Shown piece after piece: positions 1-10,483 of a stretch of DNA of 64,000 nucleotides (position 1 is its first letter; the number at the start of each line of letters is the position of its first letter). The DNA is taken from IMG/VR virus record IMGVR_UViG_3300042305_001773, positions 1 through 64,000 of that record. One strand, given 5' to 3'. Both the position numbers and the translations under genes were made by a program. The notes below the pieces were generated by a model. That model searched no databases. It saw only the letters and a list, made by a program, of their open reading frames with translations, and was not told where the DNA came from.

Positions 1-371
1 ATCACGTAGGTACGCAGCTCGTCGACGTCCTTCACAGCGCGGGGCGACACGATCCGGTCAAACATGACGCGGTAGCGCGGGCCACGGATGTAGAAGTTAA
101 TCGGGAGCGTCGCAAACGGGAGCGACACAGCCGCCGGGGAATCGGGCTCCTTGTCCACCACCTTGACGGGCTTGTCAGTGTCAACCTGACGGTCAAGCTC
201 GTCGTTGGTGATGGTCAGCGGCGGCATAATCCGCCGGTAGAACCCGTCTTCACGCATCTTGGTGCGCGTGAAGTCATTAACCGCGTCGATGGCCTGCTTC
301 TGCATGCCGGGGGTATCGAGCTGCTCAAAAAGCGTTTCGTTGAGCAGTTGGATCTCTTGCTGAGTGGGCAT
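1..371 (-). CDS. Major capsid protein, N-terminal part (runs off window)
   Basis: Manual translation MPTQQEIQLLNETLFEQLDTPGMQKQAIDAVNDFTRTKMREDGFYRRIMPP...; GGAGG RBS at 380-384; follows protease, scaffold-like and decoration-like genes. Confidence 0.7.
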   Translation of the reverse strand, partial: MPTQQEIQLLNETLFEQLDTPGMQKQAIDAVNDFTRTKMREDGFYRRIMPPLTITNDELDRQVDTDKPVKVVDKEPDSPAAVSLPFATLPINFYIRGPRYRVMFDRIVSPRAVKDVDELRTYV

Positions 372-411
372 TTTGGGAACCTCCATGTTCCTTATTTAGT
401 TAGGGATTAGA

Positions 412-993
412 TCACGGATCGATTGTGGCCGCAGTACCGGCGGGCAGGTACACGCACCAGAAGGAAAGCGTGTCCACACCGTTGTGGTTCTTCGACGCGC
501 CACTCGAAACAACACCGCAAACCGGGTTTACGTACTGCACAGCGTTGGCCTTCGTCAGCACGCCCTCAACAGCAGCGCCGCCGCTGGTGGGAGCAGTCAG
601 AAGGTCACCCGGAGCATACGTTACCGCGCTACCGCCGGACGTCTTCACGTACTCGGTGGTGGCGATTTCATAACCACCGGTCGCAACAAGACCCGACAGC
701 TTGCCCGAAGGCGAAACCGCTTGGTGCATGAAGTTACCGGCCGCTGTGGTACCCGGATTGCTGACGTCAGCATCCGTCGAACCGTTCAGCAAGAAAATCG
801 CGACGCCCGTAGCGCTGACACCCGGAACGAACACGTCCTTGCCGCCCTCTTTCGAGAGATGCACGACGCGGCCGCGCGGAACGTCATAAGCGACTGTGCT
901 CAGCAGCTTGGCCGAGTAGTCGAGGGACGCCATATCGAACCAGCCCTTTTTAACGTCAAGGCCGTGTTCAAACATAAGATCAGGAGCAGGCAT
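412..993 (-). CDS. Putative capsid decoration/cement protein
   Basis: 193 aa, beta-rich, immediately upstream of the capsid gene; GGAGG RBS. Confidence 0.5.
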   Translation of the reverse strand: MPAPDLMFEHGLDVKKGWFDMASLDYSAKLLSTVAYDVPRGRVVHLSKEGGKDVFVPGVSATGVAIFLLNGSTDADVSNPGTTAAGNFMHQAVSPSGKLSGLVATGGYEIATTEYVKTSGGSAVTYAPGDLLTAPTSGGAAVEGVLTKANAVQYVNPVCGVVSSGASKNHNGVDTLSFWCVYLPAGTAATIDP

Positions 994-1048
994 TGTTAGA
1001 CCTCCGTGTCTTTCTCAATTGGAAACGTGTTCCGTAAGGGGGACGAAC

Positions 1049-1474
1049 TCAGGTAGTGGGCGGGTTAAGACCAAGGCCCGTAAACAGCTTTACGTCGGAA
1101 GCCTTGAGGCGACCATCGCGGGCACCCACATACCCGCTCGTCAGGCTGGCTCCCGGGTCGTAGCTGGCGGCCTTTGTGGTCACCGGCGTACCCAGACGAG
1201 CCATTTCAGCTGCGTTTTTATGTGCAGCTAATTTGATAACAAGTTCCATCGTGCGCACCGGATCTTGAAGAGCGGCGGCAAGCGCCTCCTTCTGGTGGGC
1301 CTCGATCCGCTCGTTCTCCACGCACGCCTTGACGGCTTCGGGGATCAGGTGAGCCAGCTTCTCGCTGGTTTCAACCTGCGCCTTTTCGGCGGCGGCGGCT
1401 TTGGTCATCGCGGCATCGGAGTAACCGATGTAGTCGATGATTTTCTGTACGAGCGCGTTATTTTCGGTAGACAT
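1049..1474 (-). CDS. Head assembly protein (hypothetical, KxA-rich)
   Basis: Helical 141 aa; GGAGG RBS; position in head operon. Confidence 0.45.
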   Translation of the reverse strand: MSTENNALVQKIIDYIGYSDAAMTKAAAAEKAQVETSEKLAHLIPEAVKACVENERIEAHQKEALAAALQDPVRTMELVIKLAAHKNAAEMARLGTPVTTKAASYDPGASLTSGYVGARDGRLKASDVKLFTGLGLNPPTT

Positions 1475-1490
1475 TAAAACCTCCGTGTGA

Positions 1491-2828
1491 TCAACGATTC
1501 ACGAGTTCGATGACGTGCTGCTTCATCATGTCCCGCAGCTGGCGCGAACGCTTTGTGCGAGCTTCTTTGACTTGGAACTTGCCAGCACGCTTAAAGTTTA
1601 CAACAGCACGACCGATGGCGTCTAAATCTTTAGCGGCCGCCATCTTCGGCTCTTCCATCGGCGGCATGGCGGCTTCAGGCGCAGCACCAGCTTCCGGCGG
1701 CATACCGCCTTCGGCGCCACCACCAGCACCGGACAGCGCCTGCAGTAAAGCTTCCGGCGGAATGCCCAGCTCTTCAAGCGCCATTGCCAGCTCTTGAACA
1801 GCTTCGTCTTCAGACGGCTCACCGGCAGCTTCGGGCGACGGTCCGCCTTCGGCACCCATCATGGCCTCAAGACCAGCGGGTGCGCCGCCAGCAGCAGCGT
1901 CATCAGCCGGAGCGTCGCTCATACCAGAAGCGGCGTCTTCAGGCGCAGAGTGATCCTCACCTTCGGTAGCTTCTTCTGTCGGATCAGCCGCGGCGGCCTT
2001 GGAGTTTACAAAGCCGATGAACAGGTCAGCCATCTCGTCAGCTTCGCGAATCGTGTTAGCGCACACGTCGCGAACAGACGCTTCAGCGGCTTCCTTGTCG
2101 AGACCAAGATGCGCGGCCAACTCGTAACCAGCTTTGAACGCGGCAGCCTTGTCGCTGCGAAGCGCGGCAAGATCAGAACCTTCGATCTTGCCATCGTTGT
2201 CGGTGTCGAGTTTGTGCTGGTCGCCCTTCAGCGCGCCGGTCGACTCGCTTTTTTCTTCAGACTTCTCTTCGGTCTTTTTCTTTAAAAAAGCCGGCATCTC
2301 AGCCGCCTTCTCATTGTTCAGCTTGCTGGCGCCGAAGTTGATGAGGTTAGCGAGAATGTCGTTACCGAGGGCGCCAGCGCGATCGCGGGCTTCCTTGAAC
2401 GTGACCGAGCTGTACTTCTCGCCGTCGTTAGCCTTGACCGGCGACGACGTGCCCGGGTCATCCTTATCGCCCTTGAAATCTTTTTCGTTGGAGGGGTCTT
2501 CGCCAGTGGCCTTGGCCGAGACGCCGATGTTCGTTTGAACTTCGTCTTGGCGGCCCTCTTGCGACATCTCCGGTGTGTTGTCTACAGCAAGAGCACCCTG
2601 CTGCTTCTTGACGTCAGCTTCATACTCGCTGGCGCGCGCACCGGTGCTGGCGTTTTGAACGCCGTTGTCAGCGCTAGTCGTCGGATGCGAAGAAGCACCT
2701 TGGTATCCACCCGGATCAGCGGGCACGGGACCGGCAGACTTCTCAGCCGCAGTCTTAACAGGGCTTTGCGCAATCTCGGCGGCGAGAGCGTTGAGTTGAT
2801 CGAACAGTGAACGTTGCATCCGTGCCAT
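1491..2828 (-). CDS. Putative scaffolding protein
   Basis: Acidic, Ala/Pro-rich, low complexity, many KxA motifs; lies between protease and capsid genes. Confidence 0.55.
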   Translation of the reverse strand: MARMQRSLFDQLNALAAEIAQSPVKTAAEKSAGPVPADPGGYQGASSHPTTSADNGVQNASTGARASEYEADVKKQQGALAVDNTPEMSQEGRQDEVQTNIGVSAKATGEDPSNEKDFKGDKDDPGTSSPVKANDGEKYSSVTFKEARDRAGALGNDILANLINFGASKLNNEKAAEMPAFLKKKTEEKSEEKSESTGALKGDQHKLDTDNDGKIEGSDLAALRSDKAAAFKAGYELAAHLGLDKEAAEASVRDVCANTIREADEMADLFIGFVNSKAAAADPTEEATEGEDHSAPEDAASGMSDAPADDAAAGGAPAGLEAMMGAEGGPSPEAAGEPSEDEAVQELAMALEELGIPPEALLQALSGAGGGAEGGMPPEAGAAPEAAMPPMEEPKMAAAKDLDAIGRAVVNFKRAGKFQVKEARTKRSRQLRDMMKQHVIELVNR

Positions 2829-2871
2829 GACTTTCTCCTTTGGGGTCTAACCGTTTCCGATTAGCTTCCGT

Positions 2872-4329
2872 TCATGTGACATAATTTTGCAATACACAGT
2901 GGTTTGCTGTCAACCAATTGTTTCCGTATTTCTCGCAGATGGCGGCGTAAGCAGCGATCTTATACAACGCGTAATGTTGCGCAAGAGCTGTTTCTGCTTT
3001 TCCACTCGCTTGCTTGTCGGACGGAAACTCAATTGCCCGGGCGTTACGAAGCGCAGCTAAGTATGCACGTTTCTCAACGCTGACGGGTAATACGCTATGT
3101 GTGTGGGCTACCTTTTCAGCCCACACGCGCACGCTTTGCGGCGCCGCATCAGCTGGAAAGTATACATTGTTTTCAAGCGTCGTGACGATATCTACGTCGT
3201 TAGCGAGCTTTGAAAACACGTTAGGCAGCGCATACGCAACTGCACTAACAAGTGTGGCGTTAGCTGACTTAACTGTCAACGCTAAAAAATCTCGCAGCGG
3301 CAAGATTACGCCAGCGTCGGCCAGTCCGCGTAACACCTCAGACATTTTAACAGAAGGGGTGTTATTTGTATCAATAGCCGGCTGTACTTCGCCGGAGCTG
3401 GCGAGCGCGGTCTGGGCCCAGTTACCGTTGGCGCCTGCATCCTTCTCCGCCTGCGCGAGCTGTGTTAACGCCTCTAACTGTGTCTGGACCCGCGCGGCGG
3501 GGGTACGGCCGAGGTCAAACCCAAGCGGCGCTGTAATACCCAGTTGCTCGGCTAACTCGGCGCCGGAAACGCAGCTACTTGAAGCGGCTTTTTGCAGTTG
3601 ACCAGATACATAGGCAATACGGTCGGCCGGGCGAAACACGTGGCTGATATCAAAAAACGTCGGATTCGGGTTATCGGCGTGTAGTACGTGGCCGTCTTCC
3701 AGCACCCGCCCCATGTTGTGCTTTAATCCGCCGGCCTTGCAGTGACCGCCGTTTTCAACCGAGTCGCAATATTCAGCGCGGGTCTTCGCCGTGTTGCCGC
3801 AAGATGAACACTTGTCGAACGGGATCTTGCAGGCCATCGACACGGCGATCTCTTTGTCGTTGGCCAGCTTTTCTAGTTCTTTGTCCGCGATCAACCCGCC
3901 GTTCCTGTCCGCGGCTTCTTTGGAGCCGTTTAGCGCCACGACTAACTCAATGCGTTTCATAGGTTCGTGATAGGCGCTGGCCTTTACGATACCGAAACTC
4001 TTAGCGGGGTTTTTGTTGGCGTGATCACGATAAAAGCGGGAGAATTTCTCAAACGTCTGGTGGTAGTTCCGGCAGCAGTCGCGCGTAAAACCGTCGCCGT
4101 TACGATTCGGGCCGTAGTCTTCCGTAGCGCCAATCGCGATCATGTGGACCGGTACTTCGTCTTTGGCAAACTTGATGTTTTCAAGCTTGTGCGCAAACTC
4201 GGCGCCGGCGCGTTTGACGAGGTCCTGCTTGTCGGCGCCGATAATACCGCGGCTAGATACTTTGATCAGCGCGGCAACGGGCTCGCTAAAATCCTGAGCG
4301 TGCGGCTGAATAACCTTGATCATGCTCAT
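2872..4329 (-). CDS. Putative prohead (capsid maturation) protease
   Basis: NRNGDGF, YRDHAN and VSMAC..DKCSSCG motifs (His/Ser catalytic candidates plus Zn ribbon); position upstream of scaffold and capsid. Confidence 0.65.
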   Translation of the reverse strand: MSMIKVIQPHAQDFSEPVAALIKVSSRGIIGADKQDLVKRAGAEFAHKLENIKFAKDEVPVHMIAIGATEDYGPNRNGDGFTRDCCRNYHQTFEKFSRFYRDHANKNPAKSFGIVKASAYHEPMKRIELVVALNGSKEAADRNGGLIADKELEKLANDKEIAVSMACKIPFDKCSSCGNTAKTRAEYCDSVENGGHCKAGGLKHNMGRVLEDGHVLHADNPNPTFFDISHVFRPADRIAYVSGQLQKAASSSCVSGAELAEQLGITAPLGFDLGRTPAARVQTQLEALTQLAQAEKDAGANGNWAQTALASSGEVQPAIDTNNTPSVKMSEVLRGLADAGVILPLRDFLALTVKSANATLVSAVAYALPNVFSKLANDVDIVTTLENNVYFPADAAPQSVRVWAEKVAHTHSVLPVSVEKRAYLAALRNARAIEFPSDKQASGKAETALAQHYALYKIAAYAAICEKYGNNWLTANHCVLQNYVT

Positions 4330-4331
4330 GT

Positions 4332-5315
4332 TTACTCTCCCGCGGACGAGCCGCCTAAACTGTTAAGAAGTGCCGGTACGCCAAGGGCGCCAAGAACTGG
4401 CAGGCCGATGCCAGCCAGCCGTCCACCAACTCGCGGCATACGACGAAAAGCCTGCTGTAGCTGCGCCGCTGTGAGCTTTTTGCCGGCGCCGCCAACGCCA
4501 GACTTACCCTCAGCCGCGATTGCGGCTAACACGTTAGCGACGTCATCAGCGTTGCGACCCAACGAGCCCCCGAGGAAATTACCGCGGGCCGCGCGTGTTG
4601 CTGTGTTGACGCGGCCGGGTACGGAAGCGGGCGTTGTCATACCAGCTGTTTCTAGCGGTAAACTGACGTCTCGCGGCACGTGGGCCGCCCCACGCAAACG
4701 ACGAATGCTGTTCAAAATTGTTTTTGTAAGCGACGGATCGTTTGTCGCTTCAGGCAGCTTGCCGATGTGTTTTGTCAGATTGTTTGTAATGCGCGTGGGA
4801 CCACTGTTTGCGCGCAACTGCTCAATAGTCGGCTTCAACTGTTTGGCAGTAGCGTCGCCGGAGTCAAGGAAACGGTCGAGTTTGCCGTACGCGTCTAGCG
4901 AGTTAGCGGCTTGGTGGCCGCCGTAAGCGCCAGCACCGGCACCAGCGAGATTTAACAGTGCGCCGGCGGACGAACCGTCTTGATTCTTAGCGGCAGCGAT
5001 AGCCGGCGGCGGTTCCGCGCCCGTCAGCAGCATGTTTTTTGCGGCTGTCGCGCCGAGACCGCCAATACCGCCCATCAGCGCATAATCAAGTATGGCGCGT
5101 CGTTTCTTCTTACCCTGTAGCGCACCGACGACGCCGCCAGCGCCAGCACCGATTGCAGCGTTCTGCAGATACGGGTTACTGAGAATCTGCGACAGGTCGG
5201 CCTGTTTGCCAAGAGCCGCCGCTACACTGGCCACCTTTTCGACCGCGGGGTCGGGTGTGCGGGTAGCAATTGCGGAAAGACCGCGAGCGAGTTCGTGTGT
5301 TTCGGTTGTTTTCAT
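4332..5315 (-). CDS. Gly-rich putative internal virion/ejection protein
   Basis: Glycine-zipper hydrophobic segments; EKVA and GKQA near N-terminus; no Cys seen. Confidence 0.45.
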   Translation of the reverse strand: MKTTETHELARGLSAIATRTPDPAVEKVASVAAALGKQADLSQILSNPYLQNAAIGAGAGGVVGALQGKKKRRAILDYALMGGIGGLGATAAKNMLLTGAEPPPAIAAAKNQDGSSAGALLNLAGAGAGAYGGHQAANSLDAYGKLDRFLDSGDATAKQLKPTIEQLRANSGPTRITNNLTKHIGKLPEATNDPSLTKTILNSIRRLRGAAHVPRDVSLPLETAGMTTPASVPGRVNTATRAARGNFLGGSLGRNADDVANVLAAIAAEGKSGVGGAGKKLTAAQLQQAFRRMPRVGGRLAGIGLPVLGALGVPALLNSLGGSSAGE

Positions 5316-5317
5316 AC

Positions 5318-6697
5318 TTACACCAAACCGCGCGTGTGTAATTGAGATTCGAGGTTATTTTTTAACGCCTCAGCGCGGATCTTCTCCATCTCGATCAGCT
5401 GTTTGACGTCAAAGTCGGCTAACTGTCCTGCTTCAAGTCGCTTCCGAAGCAGGGCCTGCATCGCCGCGCCAGAACCCGTGAAGTTCGGAGCGATCTCGGC
5501 GATTTGGTTGTAAGCCGAGGCGATCTCGTGCGGGTCATAACCGGAAATGACAGGATCGTTCAGGATCAGGTCGTTAAGGACGCCGCGCGATTTAATCTGC
5601 TGTAGTTTGTTTTCATGCTCAGCATCAGACATGCGCGTGAACGCTGTTTGTTTCTGACGCAGCGGATCGGTCGCTTTTGCTTCGTTGGCTTCTAGCTCGC
5701 CGGCCATCCCGGCCGGGCTCATAAGCTTACCGAGATGCCCCATCGTGCCGCTGTATGACGTCAGCGGTGGGGTTGAATCTTGTTTTTTTTTATCTTTAAC
5801 CGCAGCTACCTTGAGGGCGAGCGGGGCCGTCTTTGGGTCATGAAGAATCGAACCTGTGATCGGTTCCGGCGCGACTTTAGGTTCTGCAGCGGGCGGATTT
5901 AACGCAGCTAATTTACTGGCGGCGTTGTTATGTAGCTCAACCGCTTTGATCACATTTTCAACCAGTGTTACCACAGGGAGCGCACCAAAGAAGTTTTCGG
6001 CGGTGGCGGCTTGTTTTGTAAAGTGCGGATAAACAGCCGCAATTTTATTTAACGTAGAAACACCGAGGTCGCCGAGGCGCAGACCCACCTCACGGATCGC
6101 ATCCGGGAACGACATGTTGCCGGGTACGCGGAAATACTGCGCTAGCTCTTCCATCGCCGACGCGGCTTTGTGGTGCATCACCGTGGCGAGGCGACGAATC
6201 TCTTCAGCGTCGCGGCGCGCCGCTTGCTTTTCGCTGTAGGCTCGGCGGGCCGCCGAGTGGTCGTCGCGCGGCGGTGGTACGTATTGCGGCGCCGGAAGAA
6301 CGTTCTTTGCCGCGGCGGCCTTACTGAGACTGGCGTTACGCCGATTAATAAACCCCGTCGGCGATACCGCATACTCTGTCGAGATGATGCTGTTGTTTGT
6401 TAACTCAGCCGATGTTTTGACGTGCTTAGGATACAACGCGTCCATGACAACGTTTACATCAGCCAGTTGAAAGTCAGCCGCTTTCTCTAGTGTTGTTTCA
6501 CCCAGCTCGCGCTGCTTGTTGGTCCGACCGGTGTTATACGCGTGCACCATAAGATTAATGTGCCCGGCTGGAATACTGGCGTCACTCGCGCTTTTGATAA
6601 TCGCGTTGTTCGGGGTGGCGCCTTCGTTTACCAACGTGGCCGCACGCTCAATTGCGCTCAGCAATTTTTGCTCAGCTTCTTTACTTAATGCCCGCAT
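5318..6697 (-). CDS. Putative head core protein, KxA-rich
   Basis: 459 aa with about ten KxA motifs; no Cys seen. Confidence 0.45.
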   Translation of the reverse strand: MRALSKEAEQKLLSAIERAATLVNEGATPNNAIIKSASDASIPAGHINLMVHAYNTGRTNKQRELGETTLEKAADFQLADVNVVMDALYPKHVKTSAELTNNSIISTEYAVSPTGFINRRNASLSKAAAAKNVLPAPQYVPPPRDDHSAARRAYSEKQAARRDAEEIRRLATVMHHKAASAMEELAQYFRVPGNMSFPDAIREVGLRLGDLGVSTLNKIAAVYPHFTKQAATAENFFGALPVVTLVENVIKAVELHNNAASKLAALNPPAAEPKVAPEPITGSILHDPKTAPLALKVAAVKDKKKQDSTPPLTSYSGTMGHLGKLMSPAGMAGELEANEAKATDPLRQKQTAFTRMSDAEHENKLQQIKSRGVLNDLILNDPVISGYDPHEIASAYNQIAEIAPNFTGSGAAMQALLRKRLEAGQLADFDVKQLIEMEKIRAEALKNNLESQLHTRGLV

Positions 6698-7628
6698 TGG
6701 TTTTCTCCGGGTAATGCAGTTCTTGGATCAGACCTTGATTTTGTAAAGAACCGCCAGCCGCAATAATCATCATTTCATCGTTGCGTAATTCTGCAGCGCC
6801 GTCATCAAAGGGTAACATTTTTATAGCTGCGGAATCCAGTTTAGTCCCCACTTTGAACGGCAACGTAGCCAACATGGCGCCAATGTTTTCGACGATTGTG
6901 GCCTGCGATTTTGTGGCGTTGTCGCTGTTTTTCTCGATCTCTACATATTTTACAAAAGAATCGATCAGAGGTAACTGGGTGTGGCTGTTTACCGGCACTG
7001 TAAGACTTGCAATAGCGGCCTTGTACTTCATCGAGTGGATGGCAAAATCTTGGAAGAAAGCCGAAACACCGCCCGCTGAGTCCGGTTTGGGAATCTCTAG
7101 GCAGCGATTAATCGCGGCATCCAACACGTATTGCCCGCCCCGGAAACCAAGTAGCTTCCACAGTAGGTCGTAATGCCGCTCTTGAAGACCGCGCGTTACT
7201 GCGTCCGCCATCACAACGTTCACGACATAGTCTGTGTTTACAAGTTTATCACGCACGTCAAAGAACGTATTCGCGTATGCTTCGATCGTCTCGACCTCAG
7301 TGCCGAGCTTATGCGCAATCTCTTGATCAGATTCGCCGGCCAAAATACGCGCCTCGATGGCCCAGCGCGTCGGTTGCTTGTCGGCGGCCCAGAGCGAGTG
7401 CGCCCAGAACATCGCGCCGTCCCGCAGCATGGCGCCGTATGTAGCCGTCGGGTCGTTGTTTGCCTGCTCGAAATGGCGCTTGAGCCGTAAAGCGCGCCGG
7501 ATCCACACAAAGCCGTCAGCGCCATCCAGCGCGCGTGACGCCTTACGGCCGCCGCTGTCGATTTGGACAGCCCGCAGCCAGCGCCAGTTTGGCGGGCGCA
7601 ACGGGTTAGTACGGAACGCGTTTAACAT
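6681..7628 (-). CDS. Hypothetical protein
   Basis: 315 aa ORF overlapping both neighbours. Confidence 0.6.
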   Translation of the reverse strand: MLNAFRTNPLRPPNWRWLRAVQIDSGGRKASRALDGADGFVWIRRALRLKRHFEQANNDPTATYGAMLRDGAMFWAHSLWAADKQPTRWAIEARILAGESDQEIAHKLGTEVETIEAYANTFFDVRDKLVNTDYVVNVVMADAVTRGLQERHYDLLWKLLGFRGGQYVLDAAINRCLEIPKPDSAGGVSAFFQDFAIHSMKYKAAIASLTVPVNSHTQLPLIDSFVKYVEIEKNSDNATKSQATIVENIGAMLATLPFKVGTKLDSAAIKMLPFDDGAAELRNDEMMIIAAGGSLQNQGLIQELHYPEKTNAGIK

Positions 7629-8011
7629 TAGCGCAACGTCGGCGTATCGACGGTAACGGAGAAGACCAGCGTCTTGGTAGCCGACGGCGTGATCTTGAGG
7701 TAAAGATATCTTTGCGGGTTCGAGGGTGAACCGTCGCGATTAAGATACGACACGTTTAAATCGTTTTTGAACGGCGTCGTTTGGTCAAACGACAACACTT
7801 TAAACGTGTCTGCGGGCAGGTCGCTGTTGGGCGCCTTGTCTTGTTTGCTGGAGTACAGCGCAGCCGTAAAGTTACCGGTCGAGCCGCCGGCTGCTTCCAC
7901 AAGGCTGTAACCTTTCAAAACACCGCGGTGCGGCATGGGTACTGCGACAGTAGTCGCTTCGCCGCTGTTGGCTGTAAACGTGACGCTACCGGACCATACT
8001 GTGCTGGGCAT
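7628..8011 (-). CDS. Hypothetical beta-rich protein, possibly structural
   Basis: 127 aa, operonic. Confidence 0.5.
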   Translation of the reverse strand: MPSTVWSGSVTFTANSGEATTVAVPMPHRGVLKGYSLVEAAGGSTGNFTAALYSSKQDKAPNSDLPADTFKVLSFDQTTPFKNDLNVSYLNRDGSPSNPQRYLYLKITPSATKTLVFSVTVDTPTLR

Positions 8012-8020
8012 ATTTCACCT

Positions 8021-10402
8021 TTACGCGTTAGCGATAGCGCCAAGATCAATATCCTGCGCGGCTTCTTCGGGATACGGCTCGATGGTCTTCTGCTTCAGGA
8101 AGAGGATAACGTCGCCAAGCATTTCAAACGCGTTGCGCAGCGAGTCTTCCAGTTCCGGCATGTCGGCTTTGCCGTAACGTTCGGCAAACCGGTCACCGTG
8201 CCAGTAGAACATAAACAAAATGCGGCCTAACTTATCGAGGCCCTTGGTGAGTTCGCCCATGTAACGATCGACAAGCGAGTCGTCACGTACAGCGCGCAAC
8301 ATAGCTCCTACCATCGCCGTGTCGAACACCTCGCGCTGGCCGCTCTGGGCGGCGTCGATTACGGAGCGCACGTCCTTTTGATCGAGCAGCGTGTTCGGGT
8401 TGTAAACGCTGCGGTCGGTCTGGCTAGCGCTCATACCCGGCACCTGCATCGCGGTATCAATACCGAGTTGCGTGGGGACGTTGGTGCCCATAATGCTTTC
8501 GCCGCCCATCACCGGGCCCGGATCTGTCGGCGCAGATGGCGCGCCGTTGATCATCATCGGGCCGCCGTACGGGTCGGCGTACTTAACTCGGCACTCAAAC
8601 TTGCGCTTGGCGGCCGCCTGTTTCAGGATCTCGCGCGCAGCATCTTCGCGCAACCCGTGGTGTTCCACTAGCGTAACGAGCGCTTTGATCGGGCTCAGGT
8701 TGGCTTCTTTGTTAATCGTTACCGACGAGCCGTTGTGATAAACCGTCAGCGCGGCGGTCTTCTGCATAAGAGCCAGCTGCGCGTCAACGAGGTTACCGGG
8801 CATCAGGGCCGGCGGATCGCTCTCGCCACAGCCGCAGGCGCCTTGATCTTCGGCGTTTTCGGCGTCGTCCTCACCTTTGGTGACCTTGAGCAGCTTGAAA
8901 CCCTCTGGTACATAGATGTCGCCCATGCTCGCGCGGAGGCTGGCACCCTTTTTGCCGTTGAGGTGAATCCGCACGCCGTCACGCCACTTGTCGTAGTTCA
9001 GCGGATCGGTGTAGCAGCAGGCGCCGATAGAGCCCTTCGGCGGATACTTTGAGTGATCTTCGAGATGCGCTTCGTAAACAGTGCTGCCGTTGCTGTCGCC
9101 GTACTCTTTGATCACGCGGAACGGCGCAGTAGTATCGCCGCGCTTGCTGAGCGCAATGTAACGAGCATCCTTGCTGGGGACGCTGTTGGCTTCCGGCAGG
9201 CTGTCAAACCACTTGTCGAACTCTTCGCCTTCGATACGGGCGAGAGCAAAAACTTGGTCAGCACGAGTGTTTAACCAGTTACGCGCGCCATCAACACGCA
9301 CAACAGTGATGAAGTTTTCACGCTTAGCGGCGCCTTGCGGATGCACGGCAACGTAACAACGCTCGATGTTGCCCGGTTTGACCAGAATCTCGTACAGGCC
9401 GCTTTCGGTGGGGTTAAACAGCTTCTTCTCGACCTGAATGTGATACGGAACGGATACGTTGTCGCGGTCACGCTGGTCTTGGATGAGCACACCGTCGCGC
9501 AGCAGCTTTTCCTGATCTTCTTCGCTGTGGCCGACCGGAGCTTTGGTCTGAATCGTGACGTCGTACGTGATAACCGTTAGGCCCTTAACAGACGCCGGCT
9601 CCTTGGGCGCTTCGGACAGCACGCTGGCAATCTTGGTGCTGGCGGCAACTTCGCGGGCGGCGGCGTCAGCAATAGCTTGCTTCACGATATCTAAACCGTG
9701 AAATTCTTCGATTGCGGCGGCCATCTGCGGCGCGTGCTTGCAGGAGTTAATAAGCGCGCCGATCATTTCTCGCCCGGCCTGCTTCAGAAACGTCTTCAGG
9801 TTTAGCGCGTCGCCCATTTCTTTGAATGCCTGCGCTGTGTTTAACGTGGCACTCTTGGCGAGAGCAGGCATCGCAGCCGTCATCATCTCTTTGAGCGTTG
9901 GCTGGGCAGAGCCGAACTTAGCCGGGCTGCGCGAAAGCTGCGTGAAATCCGGCTGGCGCTGGCCGAGACCCGCTAGATTGCGTTGTACGCCGCTACCCAG
10001 AATGTTGGGTTTGCGGTTGATCAGATAGTTAATCCAGTTTTCCTTGAGCGGCACGAACATGTCCTGATTTTTGATATACAGGAGTTCGTGACCCTTGAGG
10101 TCGCCGTTCAGGAAGAATACCGGCGCATACAGCCAGTTCGAGCCCACCTTGAACGCAAACACGCCGACCGCCTTGGTGTTTTCTCGGTTGCGGTCGAGGA
10201 GCTGAAAGCCAATTTCGTGGTCAAGCAGCTTAGGCGCCGAATCGCGCAGATAGGCGTGCGCCAGATTGCTAAACGACTGCTCGAAAGAGGTGTCGTCGCC
10301 TTTGCCGCCTAAATCGGCGTATTTGGTCTGGGTGCGGTCATACGACTGCATCACCTTCAGCCAATGCTTAACAGACGACTCTTTCGCTTTTTTGTTATAC
10401 AC
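8021..10402 (-). CDS. Large putative virion protein
   Basis: GTG start at 10402 after GGAGG; KYA, KSA, KQA, KIA and KTA motifs. Confidence 0.55.
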   Translation of the reverse strand: MYNKKAKESSVKHWLKVMQSYDRTQTKYADLGGKGDDTSFEQSFSNLAHAYLRDSAPKLLDHEIGFQLLDRNRENTKAVGVFAFKVGSNWLYAPVFFLNGDLKGHELLYIKNQDMFVPLKENWINYLINRKPNILGSGVQRNLAGLGQRQPDFTQLSRSPAKFGSAQPTLKEMMTAAMPALAKSATLNTAQAFKEMGDALNLKTFLKQAGREMIGALINSCKHAPQMAAAIEEFHGLDIVKQAIADAAAREVAASTKIASVLSEAPKEPASVKGLTVITYDVTIQTKAPVGHSEEDQEKLLRDGVLIQDQRDRDNVSVPYHIQVEKKLFNPTESGLYEILVKPGNIERCYVAVHPQGAAKRENFITVVRVDGARNWLNTRADQVFALARIEGEEFDKWFDSLPEANSVPSKDARYIALSKRGDTTAPFRVIKEYGDSNGSTVYEAHLEDHSKYPPKGSIGACCYTDPLNYDKWRDGVRIHLNGKKGASLRASMGDIYVPEGFKLLKVTKGEDDAENAEDQGACGCGESDPPALMPGNLVDAQLALMQKTAALTVYHNGSSVTINKEANLSPIKALVTLVEHHGLREDAAREILKQAAAKRKFECRVKYADPYGGPMMINGAPSAPTDPGPVMGGESIMGTNVPTQLGIDTAMQVPGMSASQTDRSVYNPNTLLDQKDVRSVIDAAQSGQREVFDTAMVGAMLRAVRDDSLVDRYMGELTKGLDKLGRILFMFYWHGDRFAERYGKADMPELEDSLRNAFEMLGDVILFLKQKTIEPYPEEAAQDIDLGAIANA

Positions 10403-10483
10403 GGCCAGCCTCCATGCTGCGCTCAAAATTAGACACAGCATTAATTTACTGCGTCGAAGTCCCTATATCCTACAAAAACAGGC

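Noticed and set aside
390-400. CTAAATAAG upstream of the capsid gene as a sixth P-type promoter
   Set aside because: Lacks the downstream YATATYTAGT box at 14-nt spacing; a single partial match is not enough.
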